From positions 381 to 64,380 of IMG/VR virus record IMGVR_UViG_3300045988_148153: DNA of 64,000 bases. The stretch is one strand, 5' to 3'. Positions 47,077-57,322 of the stretch are shown here, piece after piece (the first letter of the stretch is position 1; the number at the start of each line of letters is the position of its first letter). A program made the position numbers and the translations under genes. The DNA is from a virus. Below the pieces are notes generated by a model. The model was not told the origin of the DNA. It saw only the letters and a program-made list of their open reading frames with translations, and did not search any database.

Positions 47077-47149
47077 AGTATATTTTCTAAAATACAATGC
47101 TTTATATTTATTTTTTAATGGAAAATATTAGAAAATTTATAATAAATCG

Positions 47150-47234
47150 TATATTTGCATTATATATAACTCATAGAGCTGTGATTCAAGCCGGAGTGTG
47201 CGGATTTATACTGCATACGCCGGCTTATTTTTTT
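47150..47234 (+). promoter_or_regulatory. TerL leader: -7 box TATATTTGCA and a strong hairpin with T7 abutting the start codon
   Basis: The box lies at 47150-47157. The 13-bp interrupted stem runs from 47189 to 47225 (AGCCGG-GTGTGC/GCATAC-CCGGCT) and is followed by TATTTTTTT and the ATG. Confidence 0.55.
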
Positions 47235-48842
47235 ATGGAACACGACAATATTGTATATACTAAGGGTGGGAATGGTGTGCTTACTTACGCACAGGTGGAA
47301 AAATTAAGAGAGTATGGAAATCCACTGAATATAATCGCCCAAAAAGGATGCCAGGAGAAATTCCTTTCATCCCCGGCGGATATTACTATATTTGGTGGAA
47401 ATCGAGGCGGCGGAAAAAGTTGGGCTCTACTCATGGAAGTGCTTAAGGATATACAAAACCCCAATTTTGCAGCAGTCATTTTGAGAAACGAAAAAGAGGA
47501 CTTGAGTAATATGGTTAATAAGTCCTATGAATTATTTTCCCAATTTGGCAAATACAACCGTTCTATTTCGGATATGACTTGGAATTTTTACACTGGTGGA
47601 TTTCTAAAGTTTTCTTATTATGCGGATTCATTTGAAGATTTTGTAAAGCGCTTTCAAGGGAAAGAGTTTTCATTCATAGGTATAGATGAGATAACTCATT
47701 CCGATTATAATAAATTCAAATATCTTATAACGAACAACCGTAATGCTTACGGCATAAGAAACCGTTTTTATGGAACGTGTAACCCAGACCCGGATAGTTG
47801 GGTACGTAAGTTTATAGATTGGTGGATAGACGGCAACGGCAACCCGATACCGGAAAGAGATGGAATTGTGCGCTATTGTTTTATGGATGGAGACCGTCCT
47901 GAAGATATTTATTGGGGGGATTCCGTAGAAGAAGTTTATGTACAATGCAAGCACATTATAGACCCGTTACTAACTCCCGGATTGGTTGCAAAAGGATACG
48001 ACAAATCGGCTTTTGTAAAAACTGTAACTTTTATCAAGGGAAAGTTGGAAGAAAATATCGCTCTCATATCTTCCGATCCGAACTATCTTGCTAATCTCGC
48101 CCAACAGGATGAAGAATCGCGTGCTCGTGACCTTGAAGGTAATTGGAACTTTAAGGCTGCCGGTGATGATATTCTTAAGATGGAGCACATGGAACGATTC
48201 TTTAATAATTCTTCTCAATATGGAGATGGCAAACGTAGAGTTTCATGTGATATTGCATATGAGGGCGGAGATAATCTTGTTTTGTGGTTTTGGATTGGCA
48301 ATCATATAGAGGATGTATATGTTAGCCGGGACAACTCTAAACGCACGGAAGAATGCGTTGCTTACAAGCTAAGGGAATGGGGAGTTATGGAGAAGGATTT
48401 TGTTTTTGACTTGAACGGCCCCGGACAGGATTTTAAAGGGAAATTCCCCGATGCCGTAAAGTTCAATAACATGGCGGCTCCTATTCCAGCGACGAAGGCA
48501 GATGAAAAATCAATAAAATATATCTATTCATCTTTGAAATCGCAATGTGCAGATATTCTTGTTAAGAAAATAAAAGGTGGTGAAATTTCTATCAATCATG
48601 ATTTGCTGTCTCGAAAGTTTTCCGGCAACGGTTATCCGGAAATGACACTTTATGATATTCTTATGAAGGAACGTAAGGCTATTAAAGATGCGGAAACAGA
48701 CAAAGGATTTGCCTTGATAAAGAAAGATACCATGAAAAAATATGTTGGGCATTCTCCCGACTTTATAGAAGCCATTATTTACAGACAGATTTTTGATATA
48801 AGAAAACAACACACTAAACCCAAAGGATTATGGAGAATATAA
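47235..48842 (+). CDS. terL: terminase large subunit
   Basis: Walker A-like FGGNRGGGKSWALL, a FIGIDEITH Walker B-type segment and a C-terminal nuclease-sized domain. Start set at the ATG at 47235 (MEHDNIVY). Confidence 0.8.
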   Translation: MEHDNIVYTKGGNGVLTYAQVEKLREYGNPLNIIAQKGCQEKFLSSPADITIFGGNRGGGKSWALLMEVLKDIQNPNFAAVILRNEKEDLSNMVNKSYELFSQFGKYNRSISDMTWNFYTGGFLKFSYYADSFEDFVKRFQGKEFSFIGIDEITHSDYNKFKYLITNNRNAYGIRNRFYGTCNPDPDSWVRKFIDWWIDGNGNPIPERDGIVRYCFMDGDRPEDIYWGDSVEEVYVQCKHIIDPLLTPGLVAKGYDKSAFVKTVTFIKGKLEENIALISSDPNYLANLAQQDEESRARDLEGNWNFKAAGDDILKMEHMERFFNNSSQYGDGKRRVSCDIAYEGGDNLVLWFWIGNHIEDVYVSRDNSKRTEECVAYKLREWGVMEKDFVFDLNGPGQDFKGKFPDAVKFNNMAAPIPATKADEKSIKYIYSSLKSQCADILVKKIKGGEISINHDLLSRKFSGNGYPEMTLYDILMKERKAIKDAETDKGFALIKKDTMKKYVGHSPDFIEAIIYRQIFDIRKQHTKPKGLWRI

Positions 48843-50371
48843 GTACACGACAGATTATGGTACGCCGGCCATTTCGGAGAATATTGCCAAACGGATACAA
48901 ACAAGCAGCGGGGGTTATATCTGGCAGCTTGTCTGTCAATGAACCTTTAGACAATCCGACATATCAGATAATAACTCAAATGGATTTTTTAAGGGAATTT
49001 GAGCCGTCTGGGCATGCTATAAATGACCCATTGGTATATCCGGACAGATTAAGACAAGACCCTGAAACAAAGGAATGGTTTAGAGAATCCGTTATCAGAT
49101 GCGCTTTTGCGTTTCAGAGGATTATAACAATCAAACACTTGGTGCATCTTTGTGGAAACGATATTCAATTTGAGATGGAAGGGGATACCGAAAATGAAGA
49201 AGTAAAGGATACATTTTTTAAGTTTCGGACTGGATGGGCTGTAAAGGACATGGAGATAGCATGGTATGAAGCAGCAAAATCCGTAAAGATAACGGGAGAC
49301 GCAGCATTTGTAGGTTATCTCCGAAAAGGAAATTTCTATTGGAAAGTCCTTTCTTTTGAGAAAGGAGATACGTTATATCCTCATTTCGATAATGTCACAG
49401 GAGAACTTACATTATTCGCCCGTTCCTATTCCGATTTTGACAATGATGGAAATACAGTTACAGACTGGCTTGAAGTTTGGGATGAGAAATATCTTCGCCG
49501 TTTTAGAAAAGGGAAAGGCGCGTATAGCAAAATGAAGCAAGTGATAAAGAACTTGTTTGGATTAAGCGGATACGAGCTTGTATCTTCCCAGGAGCATGGA
49601 TTTACATTTATCCCAGTGGCTTATTACAGAAATGAAGCCGGCGCTTGTTGGTCTCCTTCACAAGACAGTATAGAGCAATATGAACTTGCTTTTTCGCAGT
49701 TGTCACAAAATAACACAGCTTACGCCTTTCCTATTATGTATTTCAAAGGCGAAGGGGAGAACATTAATATAGAGGGTGGGATTGATGGAACTATAAAGTG
49801 CATATCAATGGGGCCGGACGATGAAGCTGGGTATCTTAACAAGCAAGATGTTTCCACTGCATTTACAAAACAGCTTGACACTCTCTATAAATTAATTTAT
49901 GAACAGTCTTTTGCGGTTATTCCACCGGAAGTAAGAAGCGGTGACCTTCCAGGCGTAGCCATAAAACTTCTTTATTCTCCAGCTTTTGAAAACGCCATGA
50001 AAGATGCGCAGGAATACAACCATCTCATTGATGATATGGTGAAAATATTCACTTATGGCTATGGAGTGGAAACCGAAAACCTTATTGACCTTCAAAATTT
50101 GAGCGTTTATGCTTGGATAAAGCCTTATATTCATCTGAACGAATCCGAACTTGTGCAAAACCTTGCAACTTGTGTTCAAAACGGCTTCTTATCCCGGCAG
50201 ACTGCAAATGAGCAAATTCAGATGTACAGTAATCCTCGTGACTGGGATAGGATTATAAAAGAAAAGAAGGAAGAGCAGCAGGCTGACCTTCTTTACGAAT
50301 TGAAATCCCGGCAGACATCCGCTACAGATAATGAAGTTGAACATAATCCGGCAGGAGACGATAAACAATGA
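48830..50371 (+). CDS. portal protein
   Basis: 513-aa ORF directly after TerL (13-nt overlap), with an acidic C-terminus. Confidence 0.7.
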   Translation: MENISTRQIMVRRPFRRILPNGYKQAAGVISGSLSVNEPLDNPTYQIITQMDFLREFEPSGHAINDPLVYPDRLRQDPETKEWFRESVIRCAFAFQRIITIKHLVHLCGNDIQFEMEGDTENEEVKDTFFKFRTGWAVKDMEIAWYEAAKSVKITGDAAFVGYLRKGNFYWKVLSFEKGDTLYPHFDNVTGELTLFARSYSDFDNDGNTVTDWLEVWDEKYLRRFRKGKGAYSKMKQVIKNLFGLSGYELVSSQEHGFTFIPVAYYRNEAGACWSPSQDSIEQYELAFSQLSQNNTAYAFPIMYFKGEGENINIEGGIDGTIKCISMGPDDEAGYLNKQDVSTAFTKQLDTLYKLIYEQSFAVIPPEVRSGDLPGVAIKLLYSPAFENAMKDAQEYNHLIDDMVKIFTYGYGVETENLIDLQNLSVYAWIKPYIHLNESELVQNLATCVQNGFLSRQTANEQIQMYSNPRDWDRIIKEKKEEQQADLLYELKSRQTSATDNEVEHNPAGDDKQ

Positions 50372-51150
50372 AGCAACCTACACAAAAACAGATACAGGAC
50401 GCAAAAGATTTTATAAAATTACGTTTGCAGGCTGAAATATCTATGCAAACCCATTTAGAGGAACTTCTTGTGCAAGCGGCAAGAGAGATTATAGATATAT
50501 CATTCAAGTACGATATTCAACCCTCAATGTTTCGTTTCTCCGCAAATGAAAACTTAAGGCAGGACGTTAATGAAGTACTCCGTAAGTTGCGTGAGTTGAT
50601 TTACGATTACACGGAAACCCTTTCTGTATATGATAGGAAAGAGGAAAGAGACGCGATTGTAGATTTTATAAACCGGAAAGACCACGGAAAAACGTTATCA
50701 GAGCGCATCAACATTTATTGTAACCGATTTCAGTACGAGGTGGAAGCTGCCATTGCAGCCGGTCTGATAGCCGGAATTGGAAAAGATAAAATAAAGGATA
50801 GTGTAAGGTCTTACCTTAATGCACCCTATGCGAGCCCTTATTTTAAGAGTGCGGTCGATAATGGCGGAGCTTCTGCCACACGTATTAAAACAGATGGCAT
50901 AAGTTATGGGGTAGGAAAGTCTAATTCTGCTTACAGCTCGTTAAATACCCTTACCCGATTTGTCATAGGCTCTGCATGGATGTGGTTTTGGGGGATTGAG
51001 CATAAAAATAAAGGATATACAGGTTTCTACTCATATCGTGGGAGCAGCTACCCATGTTCCTATTGTGATAGCATGGTCGGGTATCATCCTATTCCTGACT
51101 ATCAGAATCAATGGCATATAAGATGCTGTTGTTATTTTGTATTTGTATAA
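50368..51150 (+). CDS. head morphogenesis protein (Mu F / SPP1 gp7-like)
   Basis: It follows the portal gene with an ATGA overlap. The C-terminal WHIRCCCY resembles the H..CRC motif of the family. Confidence 0.55.
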   Translation: MKQPTQKQIQDAKDFIKLRLQAEISMQTHLEELLVQAAREIIDISFKYDIQPSMFRFSANENLRQDVNEVLRKLRELIYDYTETLSVYDRKEERDAIVDFINRKDHGKTLSERINIYCNRFQYEVEAAIAAGLIAGIGKDKIKDSVRSYLNAPYASPYFKSAVDNGGASATRIKTDGISYGVGKSNSAYSSLNTLTRFVIGSAWMWFWGIEHKNKGYTGFYSYRGSSYPCSYCDSMVGYHPIPDYQNQWHIRCCCYFVFV

Positions 51151-51167
51151 CTAAAAATTATAGTAAT

Positions 51168-51725
51168 ATGTTGAGAGGAAAAGAGGAACAGATTTCATTC
51201 AGCCGAGGACTTAGTGGAGAATGCAAGCGCTCCAGAATAAGCTTTAAGGAAAAGGCTTTTGCTGACCTTATTGCTATGGGATGGAAAGATAAAGATGCTT
51301 ATCTTATTTCAGGTCTTTATAATCCTGTATATTCATCTAAAGTAAACGAAAAAGAGATGAATAAACTATTAATGGAAGAAGAACGGTTCATGACTTATTT
51401 AACTTCTATAAGCCGGAAGATTCAACGAATGCAAAAGGCCGTTGAGAAAGAAGCGGATTTTCCGGTTGATAAAGTTAGCGATGAGGATATTGCTTCCGAA
51501 CTATCAAAGGGAAACCAGCTTCGTAAACTTATCGCCGCCCGTAAAAAGTATGACGGGAAAGAGGGATGCAAGGAGTGGATAGACCTTACAAAAATGATAG
51601 CCGATATTACGCAAATCAAAAAGGATGAAATAAAGGAAGAAGATAATACAGTCCATTTCTACCTGCCGCTTTCATGTAATAATTGCTCCTTGTATCTTGC
51701 TGCTAAAAAGAAAGCCGGGAAATAA
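51168..51725 (+). CDS. hypothetical protein, possibly a small terminase-like HTH protein
   Basis: Start at the ATG at 51168 (MLRGKEEQ). FADLIAMGWKDKDAYLISG weakly resembles the TerS N-terminal HTH. Confidence 0.35.
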   Translation: MLRGKEEQISFSRGLSGECKRSRISFKEKAFADLIAMGWKDKDAYLISGLYNPVYSSKVNEKEMNKLLMEEERFMTYLTSISRKIQRMQKAVEKEADFPVDKVSDEDIASELSKGNQLRKLIAARKKYDGKEGCKEWIDLTKMIADITQIKKDEIKEEDNTVHFYLPLSCNNCSLYLAAKKKAGK

Positions 51726-51770
51726 ATCCCGGCAGTTGTGTATCCTTCTAATCCTTAAACTTCCCACTTT

Positions 51771-52166
51771 TCACTTGCCAAATGCAATCAGCAGCCCATT
51801 GAACAAGATACGCCCTTGCCTCTCCATTACTGAAATTAAACCCGCCCAATTCAAATGAATCGGATATAAAGTCTGTGATATGGCTTGCTTCGTGGGCGGC
51901 AACCCCAACGGATAATCTGTCTTTTCTGAATATTCCGCAAAATATACCAATCCAACCGCTTTTTTATCGCTGACAGGATAACAAGTCGCAATAGTAAACG
52001 TGTTATTCCCTAATACTTCTGATGTAAAATCAGTACGCTCCATTTTATCAGTCAAGGCATAGAATTTATTCTGCATATCTCCCAATGATGGGTTAATTCC
52101 TACCCACAATCTGAATGGGTATATTGTCGGATTAAACTCGTGTATTTGGTATTTCTTCTCCAACAT
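51771..52166 (-). CDS. hypothetical protein
   Basis: 131-aa ORF. Confidence 0.45.
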   Translation of the reverse strand: MLEKKYQIHEFNPTIYPFRLWVGINPSLGDMQNKFYALTDKMERTDFTSEVLGNNTFTIATCYPVSDKKAVGLVYFAEYSEKTDYPLGLPPTKQAISQTLYPIHLNWAGLISVMERQGRILFNGLLIAFGK

Positions 52167-52178
52167 GGTTACTAACTT

Positions 52179-52433
52179 TTAATCGAAATACATTACTTTC
52201 TGACCTATACACACCTTAAAGCGGGAAAGCATCTCTGAATATTGAGTAATGTCGTTAGGATTCCTTTTGTTGATGAAAGCACCTGTACGCTTATGGTATC
52301 TGATACAAGCATTTTCGGGCGATTTAGCCAACACTTCTTTCTCGTTACTGAAACCAAACAATAATTGTTCTCTGTGCGATACCTTGTACCACTTTACTTG
52401 GCTTCTTATCTTTCTGAAATATTTTGCTTTCAT
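52179..52433 (-). CDS. hypothetical protein
   Basis: 84-aa ORF. Confidence 0.45.
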   Translation of the reverse strand: MKAKYFRKIRSQVKWYKVSHREQLLFGFSNEKEVLAKSPENACIRYHKRTGAFINKRNPNDITQYSEMLSRFKVCIGQKVMYFD

Positions 52434-52435
52434 GG

Positions 52436-52804
52436 TTACCTCTCCAACTCTTTTTTCATTTCATACATCTGCCTTTCCTCTTCAATAATTTTGGCGTCTT
52501 CTTCGTCAGATATAGGTTTAGCATCCGCACGGTCAAGGGCGCTCCCGATTGCCTTTAATACATCCACTTGCAGCTCTACATCAATGCAGTTAGCCACATA
52601 CTGGACGTTGCGCACTATAAGCATTGGCAGATTGTCGACCTTATCTTCTATAGGAGTATTATCCAGCAGCATAAACATCATGCTTCCCGCCCCATATTCA
52701 ACGGAGAAATCTCCGCTTACTGTTGATACCTTAATAAAAGGCAAATCACCTTTCTTGTACTTGACAAAGGTCATGTTTCCGATTTGCGTCTTTCCGAAAT
52801 CCAT
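52436..52804 (-). CDS. hypothetical protein
   Basis: 122-aa ORF with an acidic C-terminus. Confidence 0.5.
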   Translation of the reverse strand: MDFGKTQIGNMTFVKYKKGDLPFIKVSTVSGDFSVEYGAGSMMFMLLDNTPIEDKVDNLPMLIVRNVQYVANCIDVELQVDVLKAIGSALDRADAKPISDEEDAKIIEEERQMYEMKKELER

Positions 52805-52833
52805 AGTTTATAATATTTAATTAAGTAAATCTT

Positions 52834-54441
52834 TTAATCTTCATTCAAGAAATCATCGTCCGAATATTCCCAGCCTTCAAACAGCCCTGTCTTTGCTTCT
52901 TCCGCAATATTGGGGACATGCCTCATAAAATTGTTGCCAATATCTTCATTTCCGCACCATAACGTATAAGCGTTGCTGTACCCTTTATCTGCACGTTTCT
53001 CGCGCGCATATCCGAGGGACAGCATGTCAAGCCCCAACTTTCTTTGAGAAACCGGAACTGCACCGTTCTTTTTGCAGAACCGTTCGTAATTCTTGTATAT
53101 CTCCGAAGATGTCAGTTCTATGGGACTACTTCCTTCAAATTCTTCCGGCTGGCACTCTTTATATTTGAGATATTCCGATATACTTCCGTCTACAAGTTTT
53201 CCATCTTTCCCGGTAACAGTAGACCGTATTCTTTCCAGTTTCAAATCAATCTTCCCACCCAGGTTCTCAGGCATTCGCCAGTTATTCTTTTTTAACTCAC
53301 AAAGCCCCTTTACTATCCATGCCATTATACCAGCATATTCCGGCTTCATCCTTTCCGCAAGCATAGTATCTCTCTTTTCCATCGGTATTGTCTTGTCAAA
53401 GTTCAGTACGAGAGCACGGCGTTGCATACTTTCATCATCAGGGTCGTCCCGATTAAGAAAGTCTTTAGGCTGCCAACGGTAGTTGGAGTTACACAGCATG
53501 ATAGGCGGTCTCTGCATCATTGTGATGTTTCCGCCTATTCCCCGACAGGCAATCGGTTCTCCACTGGATATAGCCTTGATTATACTCATATCCTTAAAAT
53601 CCCCGCGGTTGCTTTCCGTGCAATACATAAGTCTTTTCTTTGACATGGAATAAGCGGCACGCAGTTGCTCGTCCCCGCCTCTTGCAAACTGGCTCATCTT
53701 GATGTTGAGTATTTCATCTTCCCCGAACATATCCTTCAGAACCCTGTAAATAACGCTTTTCCCATTTGCCCCCGTACCCTGCAATATAAGGAAATACTCG
53801 AAACTGATATTCTTCCTGTTAACAAGACAAGCGCCGAGGAACATCTGCAATATTCTTCGTTTGTGCTTCTCCGGCAATACTCCGTCCAACTCTTCCGTAG
53901 GTATCCAGCTCTCTCCAAGAAAGCTTCTCCATGTAGGACAGTTGAATATTTCCTTTCTGTCATATTTGAAAGGATACATCTTTACGCAGTCGAACTTAGG
54001 AGAATGGGGATAAGTCTTTAAGGTATTCATGTCAACCACGCAATTAGTGAAGCACATAATACTAAGGTCGGGTTGCAGCTCATGGTCTCTGATAACATTT
54101 ATTATCCGGTTCATGTAAGCATACATGTTTTTATTGGTGCGGTCACGGGCTGCAACACCCATTTTCTCAAGCCACCTGTCTACGGCGTCATAAAGCACGT
54201 TGTAGTCCATATACTCGTATATCTTTCCGGTAAACACATACAACGGAACGCGATAATCGGCAGTGTCTCTCGTCACCACGCCATACCCTTCCCGGAATAA
54301 TTCTTCAAGACGCCTACCGTATCTGTCTATACGTTCCGGATTACTCGTAACCAAAGATATGTCCCTAAATGTAGGGGCGTATTTATCACAATGCTGTGAC
54401 AGCAATCCAAGCACATAATCCTTTAATTCCCTTCTGTTCAT
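52834..54441 (-). CDS. P4/D5-family primase-helicase (SF3 helicase)
   Basis: FLILQGTGANGKSVIYRVLKDMFG is the G.G.NGKS Walker A of the phage/plasmid primase P4-family C-terminal domain. Confidence 0.7.
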   Translation of the reverse strand: MNRRELKDYVLGLLSQHCDKYAPTFRDISLVTSNPERIDRYGRRLEELFREGYGVVTRDTADYRVPLYVFTGKIYEYMDYNVLYDAVDRWLEKMGVAARDRTNKNMYAYMNRIINVIRDHELQPDLSIMCFTNCVVDMNTLKTYPHSPKFDCVKMYPFKYDRKEIFNCPTWRSFLGESWIPTEELDGVLPEKHKRRILQMFLGACLVNRKNISFEYFLILQGTGANGKSVIYRVLKDMFGEDEILNIKMSQFARGGDEQLRAAYSMSKKRLMYCTESNRGDFKDMSIIKAISSGEPIACRGIGGNITMMQRPPIMLCNSNYRWQPKDFLNRDDPDDESMQRRALVLNFDKTIPMEKRDTMLAERMKPEYAGIMAWIVKGLCELKKNNWRMPENLGGKIDLKLERIRSTVTGKDGKLVDGSISEYLKYKECQPEEFEGSSPIELTSSEIYKNYERFCKKNGAVPVSQRKLGLDMLSLGYAREKRADKGYSNAYTLWCGNEDIGNNFMRHVPNIAEEAKTGLFEGWEYSDDDFLNED

Positions 54442-54568
54442 TATATGTCGCTAATTTTGTGTCAAAAAGAACATAGCTATATCTGCTATAGGCGCATTTT
54501 ATAAAAATAGCCTTTTTCTTTTAATTATTAAGGCTAAATACATATAATCATGTTCTTTATCTTCCTTA

Positions 54569-54578
54569 TGCAAATATA
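54569..54578 (-). promoter_or_regulatory. -7 box TATATTTGCA for the helicase operon
   Basis: The reverse complement of tgcaaatata. A TAGCCTT/AAGGCTA hairpin with a T-run lies between it and the ATG at 54441. Confidence 0.45.
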
Positions 54579-54992
54579 CAACTATCTGATAATAAAACAA
54601 GTGAATTTTCTAATAAATATGGGAAAAAGCTAGAAAATAAGCTATGAATGCCTGTTTTATCAGAAAATGCGGAGATACAACGGGGTTCTTGTTGTAAAAT
54701 ATCGTTACAAGTTGATGGAAAATAGGGGGAATAAAAAATTTTTAGGTGAGGTGACTACGCCCGAATACTTTACATAATATAGGGGTGGGGTGGGGACTGT
54801 TTGGCTGGGTGTATGGGCGCTAATTACTGTGTAGTAGTGTGTTACGGTTTATATTATCTATATAATATAAAGTTTTGATTTGCTTACATTTCCCCTACTA
54901 TCCCATCATTGGCGAGAATTGGGAAATAACACAACGTAGCCGAAGACACCCGCTAATAATTATAAATAAAATCAATATTATAAATATATGAT

Positions 54993-55085
54993 ATAGATAA
55001 TATCTATTAATCATCGTACTCCGTTAACGCCTTGTGTTTATATGTGTTGTCTATATGTTGTATTTATAATATAGATAAAATCTAT
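54993..55085. repeat. pair of 15-bp palindromic iterons ATAGATA(A)TATCTAT / ATAGAT(AAA)ATCTAT
   Basis: They lie at 54993-55007 and 55071-55085 within a 1.07-kb AT-rich non-coding region between divergent replication and early genes. Confidence 0.6.
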
Positions 55086-55265
55086 TGGCTTTAAATGTCT
55101 ATGTTTATACTTGTTGATATTATATATTTACATTTGTTAGTGCTGTGTTTGTGTGTTATAATTAGTTGATAATAAGGTGTTTGATTATATGTTATTTATG
55201 TTTTAAAGCATGTGTATTTTATGAAAATATTTTGCAATATCCTTTGCTGTTTACGATATAATTTG

Positions 55266-55273
55266 TATCTTTG
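55266..55273 (+). promoter_or_regulatory. -7 box TATCTTTG
   Basis: It matches TAnnTTTG and would give a roughly 230-nt leader for the gene at 55510. Confidence 0.4.
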
Positions 55274-55509
55274 TAATGTAAGAAAGGGATAGATATAAGG
55301 TCTGGTTCTTACAAGCGTTGTTTATATTATGAGATAAAAAAGGAGCTGCAAGTACGGCAATACTCACAACTCCGAAAGAAGGGAATAACCAAGAAAAGTA
55401 CATCCCACTCCAACGAGGGCAAAAGTACTCATCTTGGTTATCACTTCCAAATTATCCTCTTTGAAACTCCGCTATACTTTGAATTATTAACAATTTAATA
55501 TATATCATT

Positions 55510-57066
55510 ATGAAAGCAATGAATTTCTACACTGCGAACGGTTGGGCTGGATCAAACTATGATAGCAAGTTATCTACAAAGGAAATCGCCGCAAAAGTTA
55601 GGGCGTATGCAAAAAAGAATTTCCCGGAGTTTAAATTCTCGGTTCGTTCTGAATGGAGCATGTACACGGATTCTATGTATATTGAGTTAAAGGCAGGCAC
55701 TTGTATTCCTTTTATTGAAGGTTCCAGAAGTGCGGAACGTGGTTATATGTCTACGATGAACACCGTAAAGGGCTGGGAAAAGGATTTAACGCCGGAAATG
55801 TTTAAAGTGTTGGACGCTGTTACGACTTATGCAAGTTCTTTTCGTTACGATGATAGCGACGGTATGCAAGATTATTACGATACTAATTTTTATTTGAGTA
55901 TAAAAGTTAGCGACGAATACCAGGTAATAGAGCCGAAAGTAAAGAAGAATGCACCGAAGAAGGGGCAGGAAGAAAGTACCAATGTAGTAGAACCCGTTAC
56001 AGTTGAAGGTCTGGAAATGGTGGATTATTCCGAAAAAGCTATTGCGGTGTTCGGCGATACGAAAGCGATAAAAGAGCAGTTATTGGTAGAGGCTATAAAA
56101 TTGTCGGAATCTGTTTCAAATACCAATATATCACAAAAGAAACGCGGAAAGAGTTTACAGGATATAATAGATCAAACACGCCGTTTAAATGGTCATGCTG
56201 GCCGCAATTGGTATTGGAGTTTTAAACGGGAAAAACTTATAAATAAGATATATTCGGATTATGTTACTAATATTCAGAAATTAGGCGCATTTTCGGATCC
56301 TGAAAAGAAATTTACAAAAGAAGAGTATACCGGTATAACTCCTACTGAAATTCCAGGTATTGTCGAAGTCGGGCAAAAAGAAGTTGCAATAAAGGAAGGC
56401 GATTTAATAGCATTCAAGACTAACAGCTTTCAAGATTCAGAGGTTTATAGAGGGAGTGTTGAATATAAAGAGCAATTAGGGTTTGTGGTTTTCGTGGATG
56501 GTGTGCAATATGAACTAAGAAAGGCGATAGATATTAGAAGGTTGCAGGATAAAACAGAACATCAGGAAAACGAAACGTACCCACTTGAAAATATCAGCTT
56601 CACTGAAACGGACAACCTTAACGGCGTATGCTATTACGACATTGAAGGCGCGGGAGTTATAACCAGCGCGAAAGTACGTGCGGATATACAGCCGGGCGAT
56701 GTTTTCAACGTGTACACAGCAGAGGAGCGCAAATACATTGTAACCTACGACGGTGCAAGCCTGGAAAGTAGTTTAAATAAAGATTTACCCGGTATAATTG
56801 AAACGAATAACAACATAGAGGCGGGAACGTTGAGCGCTTCAAGTTTTTACAAGCCGATCCTTGAAAATGTGGAGCTCTACGAAAAGAAAGCAAATGACGA
56901 ACGATACATAACGAGAAACAGCCCAAAAGGCGGTTATTATCATGTTATAGATACTTTGGATAATTGCCCGGTAGGATTCTTCCAAACAAAAGAAGAAGCC
57001 GAAAAAGAGGCGGAAATACTTAACGGGTTTACGGATGGTAACGGACGTTTAAAAAGTGTCGTATAA
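55510..57066 (+). CDS. large hypothetical protein (polyvalent-protein-type domains?)
   Basis: 518-aa ORF. VDYSEKAIAVFGDTKAIKEQL resembles a module I recall from mobile-element polyvalent proteins, but this is not verified. Confidence 0.5.
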   Translation: MKAMNFYTANGWAGSNYDSKLSTKEIAAKVRAYAKKNFPEFKFSVRSEWSMYTDSMYIELKAGTCIPFIEGSRSAERGYMSTMNTVKGWEKDLTPEMFKVLDAVTTYASSFRYDDSDGMQDYYDTNFYLSIKVSDEYQVIEPKVKKNAPKKGQEESTNVVEPVTVEGLEMVDYSEKAIAVFGDTKAIKEQLLVEAIKLSESVSNTNISQKKRGKSLQDIIDQTRRLNGHAGRNWYWSFKREKLINKIYSDYVTNIQKLGAFSDPEKKFTKEEYTGITPTEIPGIVEVGQKEVAIKEGDLIAFKTNSFQDSEVYRGSVEYKEQLGFVVFVDGVQYELRKAIDIRRLQDKTEHQENETYPLENISFTETDNLNGVCYYDIEGAGVITSAKVRADIQPGDVFNVYTAEERKYIVTYDGASLESSLNKDLPGIIETNNNIEAGTLSASSFYKPILENVELYEKKANDERYITRNSPKGGYYHVIDTLDNCPVGFFQTKEEAEKEAEILNGFTDGNGRLKSVV

Positions 57067-57180
57067 TGTTCGGCGTTATGTTGCTTTTATTCGGCGCCGT
57101 GTTGTTCATCAGCAGCACCGATATAGAGAAAATAAGGGAACTTATAAACAACAGTAAAGAATCAGATAAATTTTGAATAT

Positions 57181-57321
57181 ATGTATTTAGGTTTTGTGCT
57201 TTGGGTAATCTTGCTAATTGTTATCTTATGGAATATTAGTCCAGCGCTGGTTATTACATCAGCTTTGATAGGCATTGCTCTTGCGATAGGGAAAACAAAA
57301 GATAATAAATCAGGTGAATAA
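57181..57321 (+). CDS. possible 46-aa membrane peptide
   Basis: ATG ORF MYLGFVLWVILLIVILWNISPALVITSALIGIALAIGK... that ends 1 nt before the integrase ATG. Confidence 0.3.
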   Translation: MYLGFVLWVILLIVILWNISPALVITSALIGIALAIGKTKDNKSGE

Positions 57322-57322
57322 T

